Source of the DNA: Phaeosaccion multiseriatum
Lineage: Eukaryota > Protista > Ochrophyta, other classes
Assembly (NCBI GenBank): GCA_965112735.1
Contig: OZ218954.1
Coordinates: forward strand, 682,001 to 746,000
Length of the DNA: 64,000 nt
Direction of reading: 5' to 3'
Below are positions 42,037 to 55,384 of this stretch, piece after piece. Both the position numbers and the translations under genes were made by a program. The notes under the pieces were generated by a model that worked only from the letters and a program-made list of their open reading frames with translations, made no database searches and was not told where the DNA came from. How positions within the stretch are numbered: the first letter of the stretch is position 1; every line of letters starts with the position of its first letter.

Positions 42037-45000
42037 GGCGGAGACCACTCTTCTCTATCCGCCGGCGAAGGAGGAGGGGGAGGAGGCAGTGGGGGCAAGC
42101 GGAAACTCAAACTCAAAATCTACGTTGAGGAGCTTTCTCGAGCGCAGCAACTCGCCCAGATCCTCCCGGGGAAGATTGGGGACCTCATCCAGCAACAGCA
42201 GCAGTTGGTGATACAGCAGCAACAGCAGCAGCAGGGGGCGGGGGCGGGGATAGCACCAGATGGCAGTCAATGGGACAATGCGATTGCTGATGTGGCAAGG
42301 CAGGCTGCCCTCCTGGCGAGCACTCTCGGGTGGACGGTGGGGAGGGATAATAGTAACCGAGGAGGAGGAGGAGGAGGAGGAGGAGGAGGAGGAGGAGGAG
42401 GAGGAGGAGGAGGAGGAGGAGGAGGAGGAGGAGGAGGAGGAGGAGGAGGAGGAGGAGGAGGAGGAGGAGGAGGAGGAGGAGGAGGAGGAGGAGGAGGAGG
42501 AGGAGGAGGAGGAGGAGGAGGAGGAGGAGGAGGAGGAGGAGGAGGAGGAGGAGGCAAGAGAGGAGGAGGAGGGAGCAGCGGTAAGAGGATTTCCGACAGC
42601 GATGGCGTGGAGCGGAGGGGGCCCTGGGAGAAGGCCACACTCGGGCAGAGGAAGGCCGATAATATACACGCCCTCTATGACGCCCTCCCCCTGCAGGTAT
42701 ATGGGCTTGAGTTCCAGTTGGGTGTATGGGTTTGAGTTCCAGTTCGGTGTATGGGTTTGAGGTCTAGTTCGGTAGATGGGTTTGAGTTCCAGTTGTCACT
42801 CGCAGTTTGTTCGAGTTTGCAGTCTGCAAATGTCTTTTTTTTTTTGGCAGTGTCAGTGTGTTCATGTGTAGACCTTTTGATACGACAAAAGCACGTCCAA
42901 TCTGGGAGTGAGGTCGGCCAGTCCGTCCGTCTAGCCTTCTGCCATCTAGAACTGACGACTGATGCCTGAAAGAAGAAAGAAACCCCTCCAAACTGAAACC
43001 CAACCCCCGTCTGCGCAGTCCAAGCAGGACGGAATGCGACATGCGACCCAGGGGGGCCTCCAGAAACACCTCGACATGCTCTTCGCGAGGAATAGGACCA
43101 GCCAGGAGAGAGGCGGACAAAGGTGGGTGGGTATGGGCGGGTAGTAAGTCAATGGGTGGTGGGTGTCAGGACAGTGAGTGGGGCGTCAGAGTAGAGGGTG
43201 GGTGGGTGGGTGGGTGAGTGGGTGGGTGGGTGCGAGTGTGGCGGGGGGGCGGTGGGGAGGGGGATTTAAGTGTTAACAGTCAACCGTCCCCCCCCCCTCC
43301 ACACACACACACACAAACACATACGGACTGCTTAGGTTGATTCCTCTAAGTCAGTATGTGTCCTCCCCACCACCTCCACCCTCCCCCACAACGTGCCGCC
43401 CTCTCCTGTCTTGCGTGTGTGTGCATGTGTGTGTGTCTCTCCCTCTCGGTGTGTGTGCATGTGTGTGTGTGTCTCTGTGTGTGCATGTGTGTGTGTCTCT
43501 CTCTCTGTGGGCATATATGTGTGTGTCTCTGTGCTTCGTATGTGAGTACCTACCTATCTACCCACCTGCCTACCTACCTACCTACCATCCGTTCCTCTAC
43601 AGGCGGCACCTCCCGTCCCTGGTTCTGTACGGTGGAGCAGTGGGAGACAGACTTCGGCGCTTCTCCAGCGGGAGGGGGGGCGGCGGTGAGTGCGTACGTG
43701 CGTGGGTGTCTCTACGATAGGGGTGCTTGGGTCGGAAGTGCCTGCACGTTAGGGGTGTTTGGGCGTTTTGTGTCTCTCTACGTTCGGGGGGATTTTGATT
43801 GGAGGCTGTCTGATGCGATTGACCCGAGATGCATGTGTATGCGTGTGCTTGAGTAGGTGTCTGCGTATGTGTGTGAGTGCGTGTGTGCGTGCGTGCGTGT
43901 GTGCTTGTGTGCGTGTGTGCTTGTGTGCGTGTGTGCGTGTGCCTCTTGCCTGAGCCGTCTGTTCCCTTTGCAGTGGCCCCGGACGCAGAGCAACAAGGAC
44001 CTCACACGCCACTCGACCTCTTGCTATTCCCCCTCCCCCCGAACGTAAAGCAGGACCCTCATCAGATGGCAGCAGACGGAAGCGCTCACCCCCCCGGGGC
44101 TAACGGGGGGCAGCAGTCGGGCACACCTTCATCTGGGGCTGTTGGTGGTATTGGGATCACGTCACAGGGTGGCGACGGCCGTAGCGGCGGAGGGGGTGTG
44201 GGCCTCATAGGGGGGGAGGGAGGGATGGCAGTGGATGGAGGAGGAGGTGGTGGTGGTGCAGGTGGTGGTGGCGATGGTGGTGGTAATAGTGGCACAGATT
44301 GGGACAACGGTATGGTAGTACTGTACCGGCTGAAGATGGAATGAGCACGTGTCGAATGTGTGGGGACTCCTTTGACATGTTCTACGACGGGGATGAGGAG
44401 GAGTGGATGTACAGGAATGCCAGCTACGTACAGGTGAGGGAGAGGGAGGGAGAGAGATGAAGAGAGAGGGAGAGGGAGGGAGAGACAGAGGAAATGGGAG
44501 GGGAGGGGGTTGTGGTGGTGTGGCTGGGGCGGAGTTTCAAGCAGTATCGATAGACACGCACACACACACAAATACACACACACGCACACATGTAAGCACA
44601 CACCGTACTCCAGAGGAGCGGATGGAGATGGCGCATGTGGCTGCATCGGTTCTGGATCGGTCCTGGATCGGTCCTGGACTCGGTTCTGGATCCGTTCTGG
44701 ATGGGTTCTGGATCGGCCCTGGACTGGGTCCTGGCTCGTTGCACAGGGGGTATCAGGGCAGGGGGTTTCAGGACAGAGACTGTCAGGACAGAGAGAGAGT
44801 GTGTGAGGACTGAGGGTGGTGGGTGTTAGGACAGAGACAGACACAGAGAGAGAGAGAGAGAGAGAGTATGAGGACAAGAGGCTTTGAACACAGAGAGAAG
44901 GGGTGTCGAGACTGGGGTTGTCAAGAGAGAAAAAAAGAACGAGTGTCAGGATGCTGGCTTGACAATTGAGGGGACAAGAGAGCAAGTGACGACAATTGAG

Positions 45001-45803
45001 GGGGGGGAGGGGCGAGTCGCCAGAAAGAGAGAGAAGAGAAAGGAGGCCGCCAATGGAGGGAGGGATAACACGGCCTTTCTGCGCGTGTTGGTGCTTTGAC
45101 ACGACCGAAAGTAGTCGCCAGCCTGTGGTTGTGTGCACCGCCTCCATTCGTGCCCCCCCCCCGGGAAGCCTCCTCTTACGTCCTTCCAACCGCCTTGCTG
45201 CCTGTGTGCGTGTGTGTGCTTTGTCCGGATCGCTGTCTCTCTCCCCTTCCCATTCACTGCCATCCCACTCCCCCTTGTACACACACACACACTCACACGC
45301 AGGTGGCCGCACAAGGAGCGGAGCCTTCGTACAGACTGATTGTGCATCAGCGCTGTCTCACCGCTAGCGGCCTCAATCCCAACGTCCCCCTCTCTCTCAA
45401 TGATCTCATGCCAGAGGGGCGGCAGCAAGCACCAGTTGGCGATACGGCCGTTGATGAATCCGCAGCAGTTGGTGATCCAGCAGCAGCAGCAGCAGCAGCA
45501 GCAGGAGGAGGACGAGGAGGAGGATGAGGAGGAGGAGGAGGAGGAGCAGGAGGAGGAGGAGATTCCACCACTGCCGCTACCGCTACCACTACCACTCCGA
45601 CTGACCCCTCTCCACCCTTGACACATGCAATGGACACGAATGTCGATGCCTCCGATATAGTATCGAACGTGGCTGCGCCCGAGGCGGGGGCTGTGGGTGC
45701 GGGCGAGAGCAACATGAACAACGATGAGGACTCGGAACCCGCCGCAAAGAAACTGCGTCTCGCGGCTGCTGTGGCGCAAGCTCTCAGCTCGGGACAGCAA
45801 TGA
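42037..45803 (+). pseudogene. 5'-truncated PCF11 pseudogene (unit C)
   Basis: Same lesions as unit B; TGA at 45525-45527. Confidence 0.9.
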
Positions 45804-45811
45804 ATGAAAAG

Positions 45812-45882
<71 letters not shown>

Positions 45883-46519
45883 GGTATAAGGAGGGGACAG
45901 TGTAGAGAGGGGGAGCGAGGGAGAGAGAGAAGACCAGAGAGAGAAACGCGGCAGGACTGCGATTATTCTTTGTTCCTTCGTGTGATTGCTGATGGCGGGC
46001 GTGGAGGGGTGTGGTGGGTATGTGGGAAGGAGGGGAGCATACGTAACCTTACGAAATCTTACGCGTTATCGTAAGTTACTTTTGGTGGTACCCGTAGCGA
46101 GGTACTACGAAGAAAGCTGGGGGCAGGTCCCCCGCCGTCGGAATCGGAATCATGATACACTAGTTGGTCATACAGCAGCAGAAGCGCCATTGCTCCGAGG
46201 TAATGGCCATTGATTGCATCGAACAAAGGTCTGATCAAATACACTCAACACCAGGGTAACGATAATAGAATCGAGCCAGTCACTGTCCTGACACCCATTA
46301 CTCTGTCCTGACACCCATCCACCCGCCCTTTTCCTGGCACCCACTAACTGTCCTGACACCCATCCACTGTCCTGACACCCACCCACCCACTGTCCTGACA
46401 CCCACCCACCCTCTGTCCTGACACCCACCCACCCACTGTCCTGACACCCACCCACCCTCTGTCCTGACACCCACCCACTGTCCTGACACCCACCCCCTGT
46501 CCTGACACCTATCACTCAC

Positions 46520-48611
46520 TTGAAGCTGCTCATGTCCTGAATTGAGGCCTTGTGGTGCTTGTACTCAATCACAGTGGAGGGCTCAAGGTCCAGTACCTGG
46601 TGTAAGGTAGGGAGGCAGGCAGGCAGGCAAGGCAAGTATAGGCGTATGGGCACACACAGATCATTCACACATGCACAGGGTAGGGAGGTACGATGAGTGA
46701 GTGAGTGAGTGAGCGAGCGAGGAGAGAGGGAGGGAGGGAGGGAGGGAGGGAGGGAGGGAGGGAGGGAGGGAGGGAGGGAGGGAGGGAGGGAGGGAGGGAG
46801 GGAGGGAGGGAGGGAGGGAGGGAGGGAGGGAGGGAGGGGGGGAGGGAGGGAGGGGAGGGAGGGAGGGACGTAAGTACGTAGGTACTTCGGAATGTTGGCA
46901 GATGGGTAGGTACATGGGTGGGTGGGTAGGTAGGTAAGAAAGTAGGTAGGTAGGAGGTAGGTACGGAGTCTTTCCCTCTATACCCGGTACGGCCGATCCT
47001 ACCCTACCCACCTTCTTGAGCTTCTCGCCAACGTGGAAACGGACCTGTTGCACAAGAGCAGGCATATGGGCAGGAAGGCAGCAAGGCATACGGGTGTATA
47101 GGCAATGGGTGTGTGGGCATGCATGTTGATGGGGAGAGGTGAGGCACATGGGCAAGCATATGGGCTGACAGACATTGAGGCAGGCGTATGGGCAAGAGGG
47201 AGGTATGTGGGGGCAGGCAGGCCGATAGACAGACACGACCAAAAAATTTGGACTCTTTCTGATCGAAATCGACATACTCATGACTCAAATCATAACCTCC
47301 TACTCATAAAAGTCGACCTCCTCCGCATATAAGTCGACCTCCTACGCATAAAAGTCGACCTCCTACGCATAAAAGTCGACCTCCTACTCATAAAAGTCGA
47401 CCTCCTACGCATAAAAGTCGACCTCCTACTCATAAAAGTCGACCTCCTACTCATAAAAGTCGACCTCCTACGCATAAAAGTCGACCTCCTACATGCCTGA
47501 TCGTTGGAGTTCCACACACTGAGGAGGTCTTCATTTGTGCGAATGGCCATGCCCACACCGACCACGTACGGCTCCTCAAAGCATTCGCCAATGACTGAGA
47601 GGAGGAGGAGGTGGTGGTGGAGGTGCAGGTGGAGGTGGTGGAGGAGGAGGAGGAGGAGGAGGAGGAGGAGGAGGAGGAGGAGGAGGAGGAGGAGGAGGAG
47701 GAGGAGGAGGAGGAGGAGGAGGAGGAGGAGGAGGAGGAGGAGGAGGAGGAGGAGGAGGAGGAGGAGGAGGAGGAGGAGGAGGAGGAGGAGGAGGAGGAGG
47801 AGGAGGAGGAGGAGGAGGAGGAGGAGGAGGAGGAGGAGGAGGAGGAGGAGGAGGAGGAGGAGGAGGAGGAGGAGGAGGAGGAGGAGGAGGAGGAGGAGGA
47901 GGAGGAGGAGGAGGAGGAGGAGGAGGAGGAGGAGGAGGAGGAGGAGGAGGAGGAGGAGGAGGAGGAGGAGGAGGAGGAGGAGGAGGAGGAGGAGGAGGAG
48001 GAGGAGGAGGAGGAGGAGGAGGAGGAGGAGGAGGAGGAGGAGGAGGAGGAGGAGGAGGAGGAGGAGGAGGAGGAGGAGGAGGAGGAGGAGGAGGAGGAGG
48101 AGGAGGAGGAGGAGGAGGAGGAGGAGGAGGAGGAGGAGGAGGAGGAGGAGGAGGAGGAGGAGGAGGAGGAGGAGGAGGAGGAGGAGGAGGAGGAGGAGGA
48201 GGAGGAGGAGGAGGAGGAGGAGGAGGAGGAGGAGGAGGAGGAGGAGGAGGAGGAGGAGGAGGAGGAGGAGGAGGAGGAGGAGGAGGAGGAGGAGGAGGAG
48301 GAGGAGGAGGAGGAGGAGGAGGAGGAGGAGGAGGAGGAGGAGGAGGAGGAGGAGGAGGAGGAGGAGGAGGAGGAGGAGGAGGAGGAGGAGGAGGAGGAGG
48401 AGGAGGAGGAGGAGGAGGAAGAGGAGGTGAGTACGTAGGATGACTCAAGGTCCCCTTTACACGCTCCTCTTCATATTTCTGGTGAGGATGATACCTCACG
48501 GCTATCCTGGATCATCTTGTCTCGCCTGCTTGCAACGTACCAGGACTTCCTCTCTGCCCTAAGGCCTTCTGCTCCGCCTTCACCCCTCCATTGGCCTCCT
48601 TGCTCCATCAT
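46520..48611 (-). pseudogene. Internally deleted eIF4E pseudogene (unit C)
   Basis: Same lesions as unit B with a longer GAG tract. Confidence 0.88.
47641..48427 (+). repeat. (GAG)n tract of ~260 units
   Basis: Read directly from the sequence. Confidence 0.95.
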
Positions 48612-49560
48612 TTGTGCTCTTCTCCTCATCGCCTTGCCTTGCCCGAACACTCGCCACCCTGTGAACCGGAGAACCAACTCGCATTTCTTCACCCTGCCGG
48701 ATCCTCCCTCGGATCGCCTTGGGTCTGCACCCGCCCTTCAGACAGGGAAAGCAGACGGCCTATTGCTCCATTGCGCACAAACAAATGCGGGGCCGCCTAG
48801 TTCGGGCCAGCTGGCTGGTGGATAGCACTGGATGGCTGGCTGGTGGATGGCACTGGATGGTTGGCCTGGTGGATGGCACTGGATGGTTGGCTGGTGGATA
48901 GCACCTGGATGGGTCAGGAAATAGAGAAATCGGTTATCTTCCCTCCCTCGTTTCACGTCCTCCTCCCGTGCCCAGGTGTGGTCAATCAGTCCAACAGTGA
49001 TCGTGATAACAACGTCTTACACATTTTGCGTTTATCGATGTAACTTACACACGCGGCAACAGCCGCCACGACTTCTACTTGTATACAAGCTTGTAATACA
49101 GAGACAAATTGTATCCTCCGATAGGCAGGTGTCCTCTTCCATAACAGCCCCCACCCTCCCTCTCAAGTACCCGAGACGGGCACCATGACGTGGCCTGACA
49201 TCATGACACACAGGACGACTCAACTGACGTGCTCCTCGCTCCCCCCGAGGCAGCCCCACAGACCGTACAACACTCGCCCCCTCTCGCACCACCACCCTTG
49301 TTTGTCCCAATCGCTCCGTCCGACACCTTCTCTACTACCCAAAATGGACACGTGACGTGTGCTCGCGTTTACGCTAAAATAAAGTTTTGTCTCAATAACA
49401 CCACGTTGATCCTGCTGCGCCCTCTTGCCCCCTTCATAAAGCAGACGCCCGAATCAGCCCCGAGACCCCGGCCGCCCGACGCCCTGAAATCGAAAAGTAA
49501 CCCCCCCACCCCCCCACCCCCTCTTGTCCTTGACTTGCTTCTCGCAAACATCTTGCTCAC

Positions 49561-52415
49561 TTAGGAGGAGCGACGCGCGGGGAAGGCAGTTCCCCAAGGC
49601 CCGTCCACAATGTAATCCTCGTCGCGCACAGAGTCCAGGATGGCGTCGCGCCCCTTGACCGCTTGGCCAGTGGCGCTGTCGAGCTTGAGGCTCTGCGTCT
49701 CGCCGAGGACACCGCTCCACTCCTCCACGCCCTGGTCATTAGGAGAGAGCAGGATGGTGGCGTCGACAACGTGGGCGTGGCAGCGCTCAGCCTCTTGGCG
49801 GTAGTCGATCTGGAAGGCGTAGGTGGAGGTGTTGATGTACACTGAGGCCCAACTGCCGGGGGAGTCGAACAGATCACGGCTAATACGCTTCTCGGCGATC
49901 CAGGCCGAGCACGCTTCGCGGTCCTCCATCGTGTACAGACGAGCCTCAAGCACATCCAGGGCACGAAGGTCGGCGGTGGATGCCGGGTCTTCCTCGTCGA
50001 GCGCAAGACGACGCTGCTTCGCCAAACGGAGCTGCTCCTCCTCCTCCTCGAGACGGTGCATCATGTGCCTGTCTCTCTTGATCTGGCAGGCCCCGACATT
50101 GTTGAACGCCCGGACCGACGCGCCGTTCTCGAGCTCGTATTCACCGGGAGACGTAACCGTTTCCCCATTGATGATCATCTCCAGGGAGCCTTGGCCGAGG
50201 CACGCGTCGCCCTCGCCCGCCGGGCATCCTGGGTTGTACTTGGTCACGTCCTTCACGCCGACATCAATCTCGTACTCCGCCAAGCCGTCCTCAGAAAACA
50301 AGGTGATACCGTGCCGAGTCACATAGGTCTGTGAAAGAGAAACGAGGGGCAGGGGGAAGGCAGGGACCAAGCCGCCCAGAGCCAGAGGAGGGAGTACACG
50401 CACTGTCAAGAGTCACTATCGACTGGCAGGCAACAAGTTGCATGAAATGACAAGAGCTGAGACACCTACCGGCAGGAGCCCATTCTCGCACTCTTCGAAG
50501 ATATGGAGCAGCCAGTTCCACTGCAAGTGGTGCTCGGCGAGTGCGGCGAACCATTTGGCGTGGAGGCCCTTGAACAGGAAGGCTTGGCCCTTAAGACCCA
50601 TCACGACGGGGTCGCTATTGACGCCCGACATGAGCATCGAACAGTCGGTGTTGACACCCGCCGGGCTGAGGAAAAAGGATGGAGGGAGAGCGACGTGTGG
50701 ATGGGGTTAAGAGCACTAGGTTGCATATTGCAGCGGGTGAGAATGATGGCAACGAAATGAGCTTCCATTCTCAGCTTAGCTATAGCTAGCCCATGAGAGC
50801 GAACAAGAAGGCAAGAGGAGGGCCGGAGATCGGAATACATGTGGCTGGCTTGGTGTGTGGCACGTGCGTGAAACAGGCGCAAAGAAGGTGTGACTCTCTC
50901 CCAGCCAGCCATGCCTTGCCAATACTTCGTACCAAAACCCTTTGACCTTTGAAAGCTTACCAACCAGCGATACAGCAGGAGCCGCCCGTAAGAGTCGGCA
51001 GCCCAGAAGAATGGTTATTCTACTTTGATGAGGAGCAGCCAGGCAGTGCGGTGAGCAAGAGGAGGGAGAGGATGCCGGGGCAGGTCGGTCGAGCGTAGCT
51101 ATGAGCGAGGCGTGTGATGATATCATCATGGAGGGATTGCTTTAAACAGCTCAAACATAGTCTAGTAGCTAGGGGCGGGGGGAGGGCGGGGGACAGATGA
51201 GGCAGAAAAGAAGAATAAGAGACAGGGATACCAGGCAGGCAGGTGGGAAAACTTGGCAACAATGTCCATCCATTGGCATACCATCGCTTACCTCCCCACA
51301 CCTAATTCCGTCCGGAGCGCCGGTGGCACTGCAGTCAATGACACAATTCTGGTGGGTGCACACACGGCCGGTCCATCAGCCAGTGAAGAGCGAAGAGTGA
51401 GGGAGAGTACAGTCGACGAGGGGAGCAGAGAGGGAGCGAGGCACAAGGGGCGGGCGGGCGGGCGGGACGCGGGACAGAGGGGGGAAGGAAGCAAGGGGGG
51501 GGGAAGTAGTAAGCAAAACGCAATGAAGTGGGGGGGGGGGACAAGACAACCAAGCAAGGGGGCGGGGTGAAAAACAACCGAGCGAATTCAGTGGCTGGTC
51601 ATGGCTGGCTAAAGCATGCTCCGCGCCCCATCCAGCCATGGCTGCCTGCTGGCTGGTCCAACGCCACCGAACATCATGAGAACGTACGTCAAAAGTGGAT
51701 CCCTTGTTATAGTAACCAGACGAAAAGCCAGGAGCCAGGAAGGGCAGGGAATTGGACCGGCCGGGGCACAAAGAAGAGTGAGCAAAGAAGAGGGGGGAGG
51801 GAGGAGCAGAGGCAGTGGGGGCTGGCTGGGTTAGGCCAAGCAACGTCAAGAGAAAAGAGCCTCACCACCAACTAGCAGCTACTACTAGTAGGCTACCACG
51901 GCAAAACAAAAAACACTTGGCAATTGATTCAGGCAACAACAACAAGCAAGCAACAAGGCAGGCAGGGAGGAGGGAGGGAAGAAGAGGCTGAAGAAGAAAA
52001 GGTTCAAGAGGAGGACGAGCGGGTCGGAGTTGGGGCGGCGAAGGGGGGAGCTCGGCAGGGAGGGGACACTAAGATCCTCAGGCTCAAGATTCGCTCCTCG
52101 GCTCAGGCAGGGGCGGCAGCAACCAAGCAAGCACCAGCCACATGCAGCGAGAGGCCAGGGGGCCGGGGCAGCCAGGCCCAGGCCAGAGCAGCCCGTAGTA
52201 CAGCAGCAGCAGCCAGCAGCGAGTCCCAAACTTACCGCGCATCCAGCGATGCCGCAGAGGAAGGGACTGGCCTGTGTTCCCAAACCCGGTGAACCAGGGT
52301 ACTCAATCAAATGCCACACCGAACCAGAAGAGGTAGTGGCAGTACATGATGTTGTTGCTGCAGAAGGCGCCAACAAGCACCCCAACAGAACGACCAAGAA
52401 AGCCCACCCGTGCAT
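49561..52415 (-). CDS. Secreted Cys-rich GDPH/VWD-like protein, copy 3 (intact)
   Basis: Coding exons match copy 2. The extra 24 bp near 52148 lies in intron 1. Confidence 0.72.
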
Positions 52416-52789
52416 ACTTTTACTACGACGACTCCGGTGTGTGTTGTGTTTACCTGGTTATGTAGTGTATTTTGAGTGTGGCTAGTAACAATGGGGCCAC
52501 TGGGTCCCCCCCCCTCTTCCAGGGGTACTACGAATAATTTAGAACAAACCATTGGCCTCCTCAAGAAGTTGCTTCTGAATAATGCGACCATCGGCTCCCC
52601 GCTGGGCTTCTCGGGGGGCTCCGGGCTTCTGGGCCATACTAGTCCCCTCCACGATTCGGGCTTCTGGCTGGCCGCAGCCAGGCCAGCGGTCTGGGCCTGG
52701 GCTTCAGGCTCCTCAGCCAGGGGGGGGGCTCAGGCAGGGGGGCTCATAAAAAAACTGAAAGTTTGGTCAAAATATTTTCCTTCATCCCA

Positions 52790-53548
52790 TCGGCTCCAGA
52801 CTGGCCTACAAGCCTTATGCTCTAGGCCGGCCATTTTTTCTCCCTAGGCCGGCGGTTCTAGGCCTAGGCCTATCTGATTAGTACCAAGTAATTACGGCCG
52901 GCGCAGCCGGCCTGATTACTGATTATGACCGGCGCCAGCCGGCCTGAGTACTGGCTGATTATGCGTCAGCCGGGGGCTGATTACTGATTACGGCCGGCGC
53001 ACACCGTAATCTTGTCCAGGGTCGAAGGGAGGGAGGGAGGGAGGGAGGGAGGGAGGGAGGGAGGGAGGGAGGGAGGGAGGGAGGGAGGGAGGGAGGGAGG
53101 GAGGGAGGGAGGGAGCGAGGGAGGGAGGGAGGGAGGGAGGGAGGGAGGGAAGGAGGGAGAGAGGGAGGGAGGGAGGGAGGGAGGGAGGGAGGGAGGGAGG
53201 GAGGCAGGGAGTCGACCCTGGACAAGATCATCTGATTCTGATTACGGCCGGCGCAGCCGGCCTGATTACTGATTATGACCGGCGCCAGCCTGTCTGGTTG
53301 CTTACAGTCGGTGACCAGCCGGCCTGATTACTGGATCCGGCCGGGGGCTGATTACTACTGGTTATACGGCCGGCGCACACCGTAATCTTGTCCAGGGTCG
53401 ATAGGACTAGGCCGGGGGGGCTGCGCCAAAAATAGGCCTAGGCCGGGGACCTGCGGCCCCCTCTAGGCCTAGGCCGGGGGCCTGCGGCCCCCCTAGGCCG
53501 GCCGAATTTCGTCTCTAGGCCTAGGCTTCTAGGCCAGTCTGGAGCCGA
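52790..53548. mobile_element. Same TIR element, copy 3 (shorter GGGA tract)
   Basis: Same TSD. The TIR match extends to ~26 bp with one mismatch. Confidence 0.85.
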
Positions 53549-54228
53549 ATCCCAAATGGCCTCTTCTCGTCCCCCGTTACCCGTACAACTTTCTATACCG
53601 ACTAAGGACATCTTGATCTTTCATTTTGTACAGAGATGCATGGGTCATCTCCGACGGGATCACCTGCTTTTGGGCCTCCAAAGTTTAAGACCCACTTTGT
53701 TGCGGTTTAGGGATATTTGGGTACTTTCGAGGCTCAACAGAGACCCTAGAGTGCTTTTTCCGCTGTATGCCCTACTGGCACCCACCAGCGTGTGCCCTCT
53801 TGAAATCGGACCCTACTTTAGTGATATGAGCAACTAGTTGGACCCTACTTTAGTGATATGATATCATGTGGAGGGGATTTTGATTGGAAGTGGGTTGGAG
53901 GAGAAACGGAACTGAAACTGCAGCATGAAATTGAAACTTGAAATTAGGGCATTGTGTGCGAGCATTGTTACATACGCACACAAAGCAATGGTACGTTGTC
54001 GGTCCATTGTGGAATGAGTGGACGTTGACACATCGTGGGGGCGATGCTGTCCATATGACCGCATGAATCGGAACTCTCATCCCTGAATTTGACCCTGACC
54101 CTGACCCTGGCTGGGACCCTGCGTCGCACGGACAGAGGGGAGGCGCCCCAACAAAGCTCAGCAGAAGAAAACTCGAGCATGTCGACACACAATATCGACT
54201 CTCCCTACGTCTACGACTACTACAACTG

Positions 54229-54261
<33 letters not shown>

Positions 54262-55384
54262 ACGATGATGATGATGATAATGATGCTTCCCTGCTGCTGC
54301 TGCTGCTGGAATGCTCTGGCCAAGCAACACTCCATCCTGCCCGCTCTATCGCGCTGTATCACCAACTGCTGGTGCAGCCGTGGCGGAGGGAGGGAAGCCG
54401 TTGGTGGTCGGGGTTACACAGGCGGTCCGATTAGATGGCAATCTACACTTCTCTCCCCCCCCCTCCTTCCATCCCTCGACTCCCTCTCCCGGTCAGCTTC
54501 CCATCAGGTATCAGAAACTGCTAACACTGTTGCTGTATCACCAACTGCTGCTACCGCTGTTGGATCACCAACTCCTGCTTGCGGCTCCTGCTGCTGCTGC
54601 TGCTGCCGCCACTCATATAAGCGCTGTTTCTCCCCATCCCTCCTTCACGCAGCCAAAACCCATGAATAGTGCGTGAGTGGGTGGGGTGGGGTTCGTGCTC
54701 CATACTGCTGATGCTGGTGATCCACAGCCACGCCATTTGTCACTCAGTCTGGCTGGCTGCTTGCTATCAAGAGGGCAGCACAGAGCAGAGCGAAGCAGAG
54801 CAGTTGGTGACCCGCTGCCCTATGACGACGACGCTCCCGTCCCTCACTTCGCCTTGTTGGGCCAGCCTGTGACCGGACTCCCTTACATATGTACAGAGCA
54901 GGGCAACGCAGTCCAGTTGGTGATACGGGGCGTCGCCTCACCCAGCCTATGATGGGCCTTCCTTATATACAACAGTTGGTGATACGAGGCGTCGACCTCT
55001 CACTTCGTAGTGGGGTTCGTCTTGGTGCTCGTTGTCCAGCGTCCAAGCCAGCCTTTCTCCTCCACTTTTCGCATCTGCAACACCACCGCCTGTGATGGTG
55101 CGGTACGGTACAGCAGTTGGTGATACAGTACATTAGTTGGGCTTTTGGCATAAGAGGCATATGGGTAGGTATGGGATGGAGGTGGAGGTGCAGACATCGC
55201 AATGTGGCAATGTGGGGCATCCAATGTTGGCATCCACACACAGCATCATGTCTCTCTGTAGCCGACGAACCAAAGCCACCACCCAACCACACGCACCTCA
55301 CACACACACCCGTATATATACATACATCACGCACATAAAACAATTACGTAGTGATTCCCATGAGTTAAGAAATACCCAAGGAAA

